Positions 1 to 9,210 of a DNA stretch of 60,964 nucleotides are shown piece by piece (positions within the stretch are counted from its first letter, which is position 1; every line of letters begins with the position of its first letter). A model generated the notes under the pieces. That model worked only from the letters and a program-made list of their open reading frames with translations. It was not told the origin of the DNA and did not search any database. Source of the stretch: Candidatus Nanopelagicales bacterium (GTDB lineage: Bacteria > Actinomycetota > Actinomycetes > S36-B12 > UBA5976); NCBI GenBank assembly GCA_016463095.1, contig JAEMSA010000006.1, positions 1-60,964 on the forward strand, given 5' to 3'. A program made the position numbers and the translations under genes.

Positions 1-93
1 GTATTGTGGGCGTGACACCTGCAAGGGGTGTTTTGGCGACTCGGCCAGAGGCTGATCGAGCGCTTGGGGATCTAGAAACAAAGGGGAGGCCTC

Positions 94-525
94 ATGTTTT
101 TGGGCACTCATGCCCCACGGCTAGACGACAAAGGTCGATTAGTGCTGCCCGCAAAATTTCGGGATGGTTTCTCAAACGACGTGGTCTTAACTAAAGGTCA
201 AGATCTCTCAGTTGTGATGTGGCCAGCTAGTGAATTTCAAATTTATGCTCAACGTTTACGTGAAGCATCTCGTAATGATGCGCGCGTTAGAAGTTATTTA
301 AGAGTTTTCTTTTCATCTGCTTTTGATGACCAAATAGATAAACAAGGTCGCATTACTTTGCCAACACCATTAAGAGAATATGCCCGACTTGAACGTGACG
401 TAATCGTGGTTGGTGCTGATACCACTGTTGAAATTTGGGATCCAAAAGCTTGGTCAACATATTTAGCTGTTGCTGAACCAAAGTTTGCTGCAACTGCCGA
501 AGAGGTGGTGCCAGGAATCTTTTAG
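94..525 (+). CDS. mraZ: Division/cell wall cluster transcriptional repressor MraZ
   Basis: MFLGTHAPRLDDKGRLVLPAKFR and second DKQGRI repeat; RBS GGGGAGG; first gene of dcw cluster. Confidence 0.97.
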   Translation: MFLGTHAPRLDDKGRLVLPAKFRDGFSNDVVLTKGQDLSVVMWPASEFQIYAQRLREASRNDARVRSYLRVFFSSAFDDQIDKQGRITLPTPLREYARLERDVIVVGADTTVEIWDPKAWSTYLAVAEPKFAATAEEVVPGIF

Positions 526-555
526 AAGCTAGATGAGTTAAACGAAGTTATTTTT

Positions 556-651
556 CGTTTCGCTTGAGGCCTCTCTCTGCAAATTATTGTCCGCCGACTT
601 TCTTCCCCGAAGCCGGAAGCAATGTTTGCAGAGGGGGACCTCGGTGAAACG
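556..651 (+). ncRNA. mraW RNA motif (actinobacterial cis-regulatory hairpin)
   Basis: Long hairpin (CGTTTC/GAAACG, GAGG/CCTC, CTCTGCAAA/TTTGCAGAG, ATTG/CAAT, CCG/CGG, CTT/AAG) with terminal loop CTTCCCC at 602-608, between mraZ and rsmH/mraW, matching the described motif and its position. Confidence 0.85.
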
Positions 652-687
652 CAAAGCCGAAATGTTAAGGGGAAGGGGAAACAGTAA

Positions 688-1647
688 ATGGCTGAAAAGT
701 CTTTGCAAGAACAACACATACCTGTGATGCGCGATCGTGTTATCGAAATGTTTGCCCCTGCACTAAATGTTGCAAACCCTCTCTTAATTGATGGCACTCT
801 TGGTTTAGCTGGTCACACAGAATCATTATTAAAAGAATTCCCCAATTTAAAAATTATTGGTATTGATAGAGATCCAATTGCAATCGAAAGAGCCAAACAA
901 AGACTAGGCGAACTTGCCAGTCGCGTTGAATTTGTTAATGAAACATACGACCAAATTGAAAAAGTGTTAGCTGGCAGAAAAGTTAATGCAGTTTTATTGG
1001 ATTTAGGGGTTTCTTCGATTCAATTAGATGAAACTAATCGTGGCTTTTCTTACTCTCATGATGCTCCACTTGATATGAGAATGAATGCCAATGATTCATT
1101 AACAGCTGCAGATATTTTAAATTCATATGATGTGAAAGATTTGACTTATATTTTAGGTACCTATGGTGAAGAAAAGTTTGCTAAACGAATTGCTCAAGAA
1201 TTGGTTAAAAGAAGAAGCAATAAAGCCTGGACTACCACTTTTGAATTAGTAGAACTTATAAAAGATGTAATTCCTGCACCAGCTCGAAGAACTGGCGGAA
1301 ACCCAGCTAAAAGAACTTTCCAAGCATTAAGAATTGCTGTCAATAACGAATTACAAATTTTAGAAAAAGCTATCCCGCAAGCTATGGCAGCTTTAATGGT
1401 TGGTGGAAGAATTCTGGTTTTGTCTTACCATTCCCTAGAAGATCGAATTGTTAAGAACGCCTTCAAGGAACAATCTTCAGTTATCGATGCACTTCCTGGT
1501 TTACCAATACTGCTATCTAAGAAAAAAGCCCCATTTGAATTAGTTAACAGAAAAGCCGAACAAGCATGTGATGCCGAAATTGTGTCTAACCCCCGATCCA
1601 CTTCAGTTCGATTAAGAGTTGCGCAAAGAGTGGAGGTGGCAGCATGA
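688..1647 (+). CDS. rsmH: 16S rRNA m4C1402 methyltransferase RsmH (MraW)
   Basis: HIPVM, DGTLGLAGH, DLGVSS, PLDMRM, TFQALRIAVN, SYHSLEDR motifs. Confidence 0.98.
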   Translation: MAEKSLQEQHIPVMRDRVIEMFAPALNVANPLLIDGTLGLAGHTESLLKEFPNLKIIGIDRDPIAIERAKQRLGELASRVEFVNETYDQIEKVLAGRKVNAVLLDLGVSSIQLDETNRGFSYSHDAPLDMRMNANDSLTAADILNSYDVKDLTYILGTYGEEKFAKRIAQELVKRRSNKAWTTTFELVELIKDVIPAPARRTGGNPAKRTFQALRIAVNNELQILEKAIPQAMAALMVGGRILVLSYHSLEDRIVKNAFKEQSSVIDALPGLPILLSKKKAPFELVNRKAEQACDAEIVSNPRSTSVRLRVAQRVEVAA

Positions 1648-2036
1648 GTGTTGCTCCAATATCACTTAGTAACCCTCAGGTAACACCGAAACAAATTGCT
1701 GCTGTTGGATTCGGATTAATTGTTTCAGGAATTGTACTTTTAGGAATGTTGGGCGGATTATTCGTCAACACTTTGTTGTCGCAAGGACAATATGAGATTC
1801 AAGAATTACAGAACAAATCAATTGTCTTAGCTGATGAGCACGAAATGTTGGCACAAAATGTGTCACGCATGGAATCACCAGAAATTCTTAAAATGCGTGC
1901 GATTGAAATTGGCATGATTCCAAATCCGGGTTCTGCATTCATTGATTTAAGAGATGGTCGACTAATTGGTGCAGGGGTCGACCCGGTCCTTAATCAACCA
2001 GATCCAAATGTTGTTACCCAAATGAGCACACCATGA
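1644..2036 (+). CDS. ftsL: Cell division protein FtsL-like
   Basis: Single TM helix, coiled coil, RAIEIGM motif; lies between rsmH and ftsI with ATGA overlaps. Confidence 0.75.
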   Translation: MSVAPISLSNPQVTPKQIAAVGFGLIVSGIVLLGMLGGLFVNTLLSQGQYEIQELQNKSIVLADEHEMLAQNVSRMESPEILKMRAIEIGMIPNPGSAFIDLRDGRLIGAGVDPVLNQPDPNVVTQMSTP

Positions 2037-3766
2037 ATCCAAACGAAGTAATCAAACTTAAAACTAGTCCGCGCAGAATGCGCGGAGCTTTAGCTTTCTG
2101 TTTAATTGTTTTATCAATTTTTGGGTTAAGACTTTTCCAATTACAAGCACTAGATGCACCAAGATTGGCTGCAGCTGCTGCTGAAAAAAGAACGAGAACA
2201 TTAATTCTGCCAGCACAACGTGGTGAAATAACTGATCGAAATGGCGCTCCACTAGCAATTACTGTGGATGCCAGAGACATCACAGTTGATCAAACAATGG
2301 TTACTGATCCCGTTGCCACCGCAAATGCTATCTCTCAAGTAACCGGTGCAGATATTACTACTTTAATTCCTGAATTAACTGGGGAGAGAAGATTCAATTA
2401 TGTTTTGAAAAAAATCACTCCAGAACAATGGAACAAATTAAAGCAATTAAAACTACCAGGAATTTTTAGTGAGAAAACAACAAAAAGAATTTATCCATCT
2501 AACACCCTTGCTGCTAGCACAATTGGTTTTGTAGGTGGGGAGGGCAAAGGTTTAGCTGGTTTGGAATATGGATTTGAAAGTGAATTAGCTGGTTCTCAAG
2601 GTGAAGTCACAGTTGAAATAAGTGCAGGAGGTAGACCACTTCCTTCAGGTATTGCTTCAGAGAAAAAATCTGTTCCAGGAATGGGAATACGTTTAACAAT
2701 AGATAGAGATTTGCAATTTGTTGCCGAACAATCTTTGGCTGCCAGAGTACAGTTTGCACAAGCAGATAGCGGCACACTTGTAGCAATTTCACCTAAAACC
2801 GGAAAGATTTTAGCGCTAGCAACTTATCCAACTTTTGATGCCAATTATCCCAGTGAAGCTCAACCAGGGGTAACGGTGAATCACGCATTAGTTGATGCAT
2901 ATGAACCAGGTTCAACAGCAAAAGTAATGACGATGGCAGGATTGTTAAACGAAGGTGTAGCAAGCCCTACAACTCCTTTTACTATCCCTCCGGTGTTGAA
3001 ACGAAATGGTAAAACTTTCAACGACAGTGAGCCGCATCCAACTTTGAAATTAACAATGACTGGTGTGCTTGCAAAATCGAGCAACATTGGAACAATTCAA
3101 GCAGCCGAATTAATGGGGGCAGAAAAATTTAATGATTACTTAACCAAATTTGGGGTGGGACAAGAAACAGGAATGCAATTTCCAGGTGAATCAAAGGGAC
3201 GATTACCTAAATTAGAAAAATGGTCTGGCACAAGTTTTCCTACGTTTGCTTTTGGTCAGGGCTATATGGTTTCCGCAGTTCAAATTGCCAGTATGTATGC
3301 AACTATTGCAAATGATGGGGTGAGAATGAATCCATCTCTTATTGAAGGCTACGTAATGCCTAATGGTGAATACCAAACTTCTGCACCTACTACCAGAACT
3401 GAAGTTATGTCTGTTGCTGCGGCAAAAACTTTAAGGGAAATGATGGAAACAGTTGTTTCAGATGAAGGTACTGCTCCATTGGCAGAAATTCCTGGTTATC
3501 GAGTTGCCGGAAAAACTGGTACAGCTGAAGTTGTGGATCCGATTTGTAAATGTTATTCCAATGACGTGATTGCCTCATTTATTGGAATGGCGCCAGCAGA
3601 AAATCCAGAAATTGTTGTGGCAGTGGCAATTCATAAACCACGAAATGGTCGTTGGGGAGGATCGTTGGCAGGTCCTGTTTTCAAGGAAGTTGCACAATAT
3701 TCCCTAAAGCAACTAAATATTCCTCCTTCTAATGGAAAGCCCACGGGCTATCCTGTGGAGTGGTGA
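2033..3766 (+). CDS. ftsI: Septal transpeptidase FtsI/PBP3
   Basis: RGEITDRNG, EPGSTAK (SxxK), KSSN (SxN), GKTGTA (KTG). Confidence 0.96.
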   Translation: MNPNEVIKLKTSPRRMRGALAFCLIVLSIFGLRLFQLQALDAPRLAAAAAEKRTRTLILPAQRGEITDRNGAPLAITVDARDITVDQTMVTDPVATANAISQVTGADITTLIPELTGERRFNYVLKKITPEQWNKLKQLKLPGIFSEKTTKRIYPSNTLAASTIGFVGGEGKGLAGLEYGFESELAGSQGEVTVEISAGGRPLPSGIASEKKSVPGMGIRLTIDRDLQFVAEQSLAARVQFAQADSGTLVAISPKTGKILALATYPTFDANYPSEAQPGVTVNHALVDAYEPGSTAKVMTMAGLLNEGVASPTTPFTIPPVLKRNGKTFNDSEPHPTLKLTMTGVLAKSSNIGTIQAAELMGAEKFNDYLTKFGVGQETGMQFPGESKGRLPKLEKWSGTSFPTFAFGQGYMVSAVQIASMYATIANDGVRMNPSLIEGYVMPNGEYQTSAPTTRTEVMSVAAAKTLREMMETVVSDEGTAPLAEIPGYRVAGKTGTAEVVDPICKCYSNDVIASFIGMAPAENPEIVVAVAIHKPRNGRWGGSLAGPVFKEVAQYSLKQLNIPPSNGKPTGYPVEW

Positions 3767-3771
3767 TTTAA

Positions 3772-5262
3772 ATGAAGTTTGCCCGCCCCAGAGTCAAGCC
3801 TGTGTCGTTAGGTGAACTTGCCCAAAAATTTAAAATTGAAACAAATAATTCTGATTTAAAAATAACTGGAATAACTCTCAATACAAAAAGTGTTGAACCA
3901 GGAGATCTATTTGTTGCTTTACCTGGAGAAAATAGTCATGGTGCAAATTTTGTTGCAGAAGCAAAATCAAATGGCGCAGTAGCTGTTTTAACAGACAGAC
4001 AAGGGGTAAAAGCACTTGTTGAAACAGATTTCCCAGTCATCAGTATTGAAAACCCTCGCCACCAGCTAGGTGAAATATCTTCCTTTGTTTTTGGTAATCC
4101 TTCTGAATCCTTGAAGATTTTTGGTATCACTGGCACTAACGGAAAAACCACCTCTGCTTGGTTAATGCGTTCTGGTTTAGAAAAATGTGGCATTCCTACT
4201 TCGCTATTAGGAACAGCAGGAATAACTATTGCGGGTACCAACTTACCTAGCACTAGAACTACTCCTGAAGCACCAGAATTACAAGCGTTGTTTGCTTTAG
4301 CTTTAGAAAAAGGTTCAAAAGCAATTTCAATGGAAGTTTCTTCCCATGCACTTGTTTTAGAAAGAATCAATGGCACAAAATTTGTTTGTACTGGGTTTAC
4401 AAATTTGAGTCAAGACCATCTTGATTTTCATAAGAATATGGATAGTTACTTTGAATCTAAAGCAAAACTCTTCACTAAAGAATTCTCTAACAAAGCTGTA
4501 ATAACAGAAGTAGATATTTGGGGTAAGAAACTAATAGATAACGTGGAAATTCCTGCGGTAACACTGGGCGGTGGTGTCCAAAACGACTGGCGAGTCAATG
4601 ACATCACCGCAGCTCTAGGACATGTTTATTTCGAATTAATTGATCCTAGGAAAAAATCTCACAAAGTTACTTTAGGTTTTGCAGGTGCATTCAATGCCTA
4701 TAATGCAGCTTTAGTAATTGCTATGGCAGATCAAATTGGTATTGATACAAGAGATTTTATTAATGGAATCAAAGACACCCAAATACCTGGCAGAATGCAA
4801 CCAATAGTTATTCCTGGTGCCGCACTAGGAATTGTTGATTACGCTCACACTCCAGCAGCAATAAACAATGTTTTGGTTGCACTCAAGAATCAAACTCAAG
4901 GCCAGTTAATTGTGGTACTTGGGGCGGGAGGAAATAGGGATGCTGAGAAGCGACCTTTCATGGGATCAGCCGGTGAAAAGTTTGCAGATAAATTAATTAT
5001 CACTGACGACAATCCTAGAGATGAAAATCCAGCAGAAATAAGAAACTCTATTTTAACTGGAATTAGCGATAAAGCTAAAACTTTAGATATTGCCAACAGA
5101 GCAGAAGCGATCAAAGAAGCTGTAAAACTTTCTTCCCCATATGACACAATCGCCGTTCTGGGCAAAGGTCACGAAACTTCCCAAGAAATAGCAGGACAGA
5201 TTAATGATTTTGATGACGCCAAACATTTATTAGAAGCATTACAAGAAAAGTTTGGTAAATAA
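3772..5262 (+). CDS. murE: UDP-MurNAc-tripeptide synthetase MurE (DAP-adding type)
   Basis: GITGTNGKTT, MEVSSHA, DHLDFH, DYAHTP, DDNPR (DAP-type) motifs. Confidence 0.97.
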   Translation: MKFARPRVKPVSLGELAQKFKIETNNSDLKITGITLNTKSVEPGDLFVALPGENSHGANFVAEAKSNGAVAVLTDRQGVKALVETDFPVISIENPRHQLGEISSFVFGNPSESLKIFGITGTNGKTTSAWLMRSGLEKCGIPTSLLGTAGITIAGTNLPSTRTTPEAPELQALFALALEKGSKAISMEVSSHALVLERINGTKFVCTGFTNLSQDHLDFHKNMDSYFESKAKLFTKEFSNKAVITEVDIWGKKLIDNVEIPAVTLGGGVQNDWRVNDITAALGHVYFELIDPRKKSHKVTLGFAGAFNAYNAALVIAMADQIGIDTRDFINGIKDTQIPGRMQPIVIPGAALGIVDYAHTPAAINNVLVALKNQTQGQLIVVLGAGGNRDAEKRPFMGSAGEKFADKLIITDDNPRDENPAEIRNSILTGISDKAKTLDIANRAEAIKEAVKLSSPYDTIAVLGKGHETSQEIAGQINDFDDAKHLLEALQEKFGK

Positions 5263-5264
5263 AC

Positions 5265-6710
5265 ATGATTTCAATGAGCCTTAAAGAAATATCTACAGCA
5301 ATAGCAGCCGAAGTAAAATTTGCAGATCTAGAGTCAAGAGTAACTGGAAAAGTTGTTATTGATTCGAGGAAAGTTTCACCAGGTGACTTATTCGTTGCCA
5401 TAAAGGGTGAAAATGTCGATGGCCATGATTTTGCTGCGCAAGCTATTAAGCAAGGAGCGATTGCGGTAATTTCGGATAAAGAAATACCTGGTGTAGCGAG
5501 TTTGATTGTCACTCAAGGAAATAGTAATTCTAAGGAAGTTGATCAGCCCACTGTTATTGCTCTGGGAAAACTTGCCAAATATCTTTTACAAAGATTACCT
5601 AATCTGTGGAAAGTAGCAGTAACAGGGTCTTCTGGGAAAACTACAACAAAAGACTTGCTAGCCGAATTAGGAAAACTTGTTGGACCAACAGTTGCTCCCA
5701 TTGGTAGTTACAATAATGAAATTGGTTTACCCCAAACTGTTCTAGAATGTGACGAAAATACCAAGGTCTTAATTCTAGAAATGGGCGCAAGGCAAGTTGG
5801 AAATATCAAACACTTATGTGAGATAGCAAAACCAGATACTTCTATAATCTTAAATATTGGAACTGCTCATGCTGAAATTTTTACTTCACCGGAAAAAATA
5901 TTTCAGGCAAAAAGTGAGATTATTGACTGTTTAACATCTACTGATGTTGCAATCCTAAATCAAGAAGATCCACAGTTTGCGCAACTTAAAACTAAAGCAA
6001 AAGTTATTAGTTTTGGGTTAACAGGATCAAATGTCAGTGCCAGTAATGTTATCTTAAATAAAAATGCTCAAGCTCAATATGAAATGGAATATGAAGGTAA
6101 AACCAGTTTGGTAAATTTGAAGTTAATTGGGGCTCACCAAGTTTCAAACTCATTAGCAGCAGCTGCAGCATTCCTACAAAAAGGTATTGCCATTGAGGAT
6201 ATTTCAAAAGTGCTCTCAAATGCGACCCCGAAGAGTAAATGGCGTTTACAAATCGAAAAGAGCAAAAATAACGTCACGGTAATTAACGATGTTTACAATG
6301 CAAATCCTGAATCTACTAAATCAGCGATTAAAACTCTGAAACAAATAGGGGAAGACAAGAATACTTTTGCTATTTTAGGTGAAATGCGGGAACTGGGAAA
6401 TCTTTCTAAACAATTGCATGAAGAAGTCGCAGCACTAATTCAAAAACTAGAAATCAAAAATACCCTTGTTATCGGAAATGGCGCTAAACCAATTTATGAT
6501 TATCTTTTAACCCATGAATATTCAGGAAAATTACTGTTCGTTGAAAGCGTCGACAGTGCCTTGGTTAAAGCCAAAGAAATCATCCAAACAAACGATGTGG
6601 TGTTAGTAAAGGCATCTAGATCTGTCGGACTCGAGCGAGTCGCAAATGCAATAGTTCAAGATTTCAGCGACAATTTAACTAACAATAGTAATCAGGAGGT
6701 CGGCTTGTGA
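5265..6710 (+). CDS. murF: UDP-MurNAc-pentapeptide synthetase MurF
   Basis: VTGSSGKTTTKD, YNNEIGLP, LEMG, DVYNANPES, VLVKASR. Confidence 0.97.
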   Translation: MISMSLKEISTAIAAEVKFADLESRVTGKVVIDSRKVSPGDLFVAIKGENVDGHDFAAQAIKQGAIAVISDKEIPGVASLIVTQGNSNSKEVDQPTVIALGKLAKYLLQRLPNLWKVAVTGSSGKTTTKDLLAELGKLVGPTVAPIGSYNNEIGLPQTVLECDENTKVLILEMGARQVGNIKHLCEIAKPDTSIILNIGTAHAEIFTSPEKIFQAKSEIIDCLTSTDVAILNQEDPQFAQLKTKAKVISFGLTGSNVSASNVILNKNAQAQYEMEYEGKTSLVNLKLIGAHQVSNSLAAAAAFLQKGIAIEDISKVLSNATPKSKWRLQIEKSKNNVTVINDVYNANPESTKSAIKTLKQIGEDKNTFAILGEMRELGNLSKQLHEEVAALIQKLEIKNTLVIGNGAKPIYDYLLTHEYSGKLLFVESVDSALVKAKEIIQTNDVVLVKASRSVGLERVANAIVQDFSDNLTNNSNQEVGL

Positions 6711-7774
6711 GGCTGATCATCATTGCTGGTGTTTTTTCCATGATGTTTTCACTTTTTGCCACACCACTATTAATTAAATTCTTACGACGAAGAGGTCGTT
6801 CTCAAGCAATAAGAATTTCTGATGGCAACATTAATTACCCAGAACATCAAGCAAAAGTGGGAACACCATCAATGGGTGGACTAGCAATTCTTGGTGGAAC
6901 ATTGTTTGGATATGGCATGGCGCATTTCATCTTATGGAGACCGCCAACACTTTCAGCAATTATGGCACTGGCATTAATGTTTGGTTTAGCAGCCGTTGGC
7001 TTTGCTGATGATTACTTAAAAGTTTATAAACAAAACAGTCGCGGCATCCGAGCTAGAACAAAGTTGCTTGGTCAAGCTTTTGTTGCTTTTGCGTTTGGTT
7101 ATGCATCCCTTAATTATCCTGACGAATTAGGTAGAACTCCAGGATCAACTGCTTTGTCATTTGTGAGAGACACCAACATTGTTTTACCAGCAATACTTTT
7201 TGTGTTATTGGTCTGGTTTTTAGTGACAGCGGCAACAAATGCTGTTAACTTAACTGACGGTTTAGACGGGTTGGCTGCGGGAGCAGCAGTATTGACACTT
7301 GGTTCATACATTCTTATTGGAGTTTTTCAATTCAACCAAAATTGTTCTTTTGACCGAAATGCAACTTGTTATGACGTAAGAGACCCACTTGATTTAGCTG
7401 TGTTTGCAGCAGCCGTTGCTGGAGCATGCATTGGTTTTCTGTGGTGGAACACATCTCCTGCCCAAATTTTTATGGGTGACACTGGTTCATTAGCAATCGG
7501 CGGGGCAATTGCAGGTTTAGCAATTATGACTAGAACTCAATTACTAATGGCGTTCTTAGCAGGTTTGTTTGTGTTGGTAACAGTTTCAGTAATTCTCCAA
7601 GTTAGTTCTTACAAGCTCACCGGTCGAAGAGTTTTTAAGATGGCGCCGCTGCATCACCATTTTGAAATGTTGGGATGGCCAGAAATACAAATCGTGGTTC
7701 GATTTTGGGTTATTCATGGTGCTTTAGTTGCCGGAGGATTGGCCTTGTTTTACGCAAGTTGGGTAAGGGCATGA
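6707..7774 (+). CDS. mraY: Phospho-MurNAc-pentapeptide transferase MraY
   Basis: GTPSMGG, NAVNLTDGLDGLA, FMGDTGS, MAPLHHHFE. Confidence 0.98.
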   Translation: MRLIIIAGVFSMMFSLFATPLLIKFLRRRGRSQAIRISDGNINYPEHQAKVGTPSMGGLAILGGTLFGYGMAHFILWRPPTLSAIMALALMFGLAAVGFADDYLKVYKQNSRGIRARTKLLGQAFVAFAFGYASLNYPDELGRTPGSTALSFVRDTNIVLPAILFVLLVWFLVTAATNAVNLTDGLDGLAAGAAVLTLGSYILIGVFQFNQNCSFDRNATCYDVRDPLDLAVFAAAVAGACIGFLWWNTSPAQIFMGDTGSLAIGGAIAGLAIMTRTQLLMAFLAGLFVLVTVSVILQVSSYKLTGRRVFKMAPLHHHFEMLGWPEIQIVVRFWVIHGALVAGGLALFYASWVRA

Positions 7775-9210
7775 TCGATTGGTCACGACACCATAGACAA
7801 AGTGACTGGACCAAAGTAAATGCTTGTGTGGTTGGTTTAGGAGTTGCAGGTTTTGCCGCTGCAGATGCCTTAATTGAAGTGGGCGCTCAGGTAACTGTTA
7901 TTGATAACGGTAACGGTGAAAAGCAAAAAGAACATGGCACAGTTTTAGAAATACTGGGTGCCAAAATTTACTTAGATTACAAGGGTGAAATCCCTAACAA
8001 CACAAACTTATTAGTACTATCCCCAGGAGTAAGACCAAGTGCAGAAATAATAAATGAAGCCCAACAAAAAAATATAGAAATTTGGGGAGAATTTGAACTT
8101 GCCTGGAGATTGAGAACTCTTGATTTCCCTGCTCCATGGTTATGTATTACCGGCACAAACGGCAAAACCACAACATCGATGATGTTGTCTTCAATTTTGA
8201 CTGCAGCCGGATTAAGAGCCCCTGCTGTAGGAAACATCGGTGACTCACTTGTCAGTGCGGTGATGGACCCAATTCCGGCAGATGTATTAGCAATTGAAGT
8301 AGGAGCACCCCAATTACCTTTTGTTAAATCAATGTCACCACATTCTGCAGTGGTGTTAAACATGGCACCGGATCACATTGATTTTTTTAATGGATATGAA
8401 AATTATGCTAAGACTAAAGCTAAAGTTTATTCCCAAGTTCAAAAGTCTGCTATCTATAACGTGCAAGATGTTGTCACGGAAAAAATGGTGGAAGATGCAG
8501 ATGTGGTCGAGGGAGCCAGAGCAATTGGTTTTACTTTAGGTTTACCTGGATTGTCAATGATTGGTGTGGTGGAAGATTTCATTGTTGATCGTGCTTTTCT
8601 TGAAGAAAGACAAACACATGCTCAGGAACTTTGTGCAGTCGATGACATACAACCAAACGCTCCACACAACATTGCTAATGCATTGGCAGCAGCAGCACTA
8701 GCTCGTTCCTACGGGGTGGAAGCAGCTCATGTTCGAGATGGTTTGCGAAGTTTTGTCCCCGCACCGCATCGAATTGCCACGGTGGGCCAATTTAACGGTG
8801 TTACCTACATTGATGATTCCAAAGCCACAAATTGTCATGCTGCGCAAATGTCTTTAAAAGCTTATGAAAACGTGATTTGGATTGCTGGTGGACAAGCCAA
8901 AGGCCAAGATTTTGCGGAACTTATTAAACAAAATAGTAAAAACATGAAAGCTGCAGTGTTACTCGGTGAAGATAAAGAATTAATTGCTAAAACGTTAAAA
9001 ATGATTGCACCAAATATTCCGGTAAAAATAATTGAAAGAACAGATGATGCAGCGATGCTAGATGTGGTAATTGCTGCTAGCGAGTTTGCACAAAGTGGAG
9101 ATACAGTTTTATTGGCACCGGGTTGTGCTTCTTGGGACATGTTTAAGGACTACCGGGCACGCGGTAACGCATTTGCTGAAGCCGTTATTAAAACACAAGG
9201 AAGTAAATAA
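7771..9210 (+). CDS. murD: UDP-MurNAc-L-Ala:D-Glu ligase MurD
   Basis: ITGTNGKTTT, GNIG, DDSKATN, LAPGCASWDMF; start moved to ATG 7771 (ATGA overlap with mraY stop). Confidence 0.95.
   Translation: MIDWSRHHRQSDWTKVNACVVGLGVAGFAAADALIEVGAQVTVIDNGNGEKQKEHGTVLEILGAKIYLDYKGEIPNNTNLLVLSPGVRPSAEIINEAQQKNIEIWGEFELAWRLRTLDFPAPWLCITGTNGKTTTSMMLSSILTAAGLRAPAVGNIGDSLVSAVMDPIPADVLAIEVGAPQLPFVKSMSPHSAVVLNMAPDHIDFFNGYENYAKTKAKVYSQVQKSAIYNVQDVVTEKMVEDADVVEGARAIGFTLGLPGLSMIGVVEDFIVDRAFLEERQTHAQELCAVDDIQPNAPHNIANALAAAALARSYGVEAAHVRDGLRSFVPAPHRIATVGQFNGVTYIDDSKATNCHAAQMSLKAYENVIWIAGGQAKGQDFAELIKQNSKNMKAAVLLGEDKELIAKTLKMIAPNIPVKIIERTDDAAMLDVVIAASEFAQSGDTVLLAPGCASWDMFKDYRARGNAFAEAVIKTQGSK

Noticed and set aside
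1-10. MraZ binding repeat (GTGGG)
   Set aside because: Only one copy is visible at the window edge, so the expected triple repeat cannot be confirmed
7675-7770. Extended N-terminus of MurD (similarly yggS 21888 and trpC 39877)
   Set aside because: Overlaps the upstream gene; later ATGs give ATGA coupling or have an RBS
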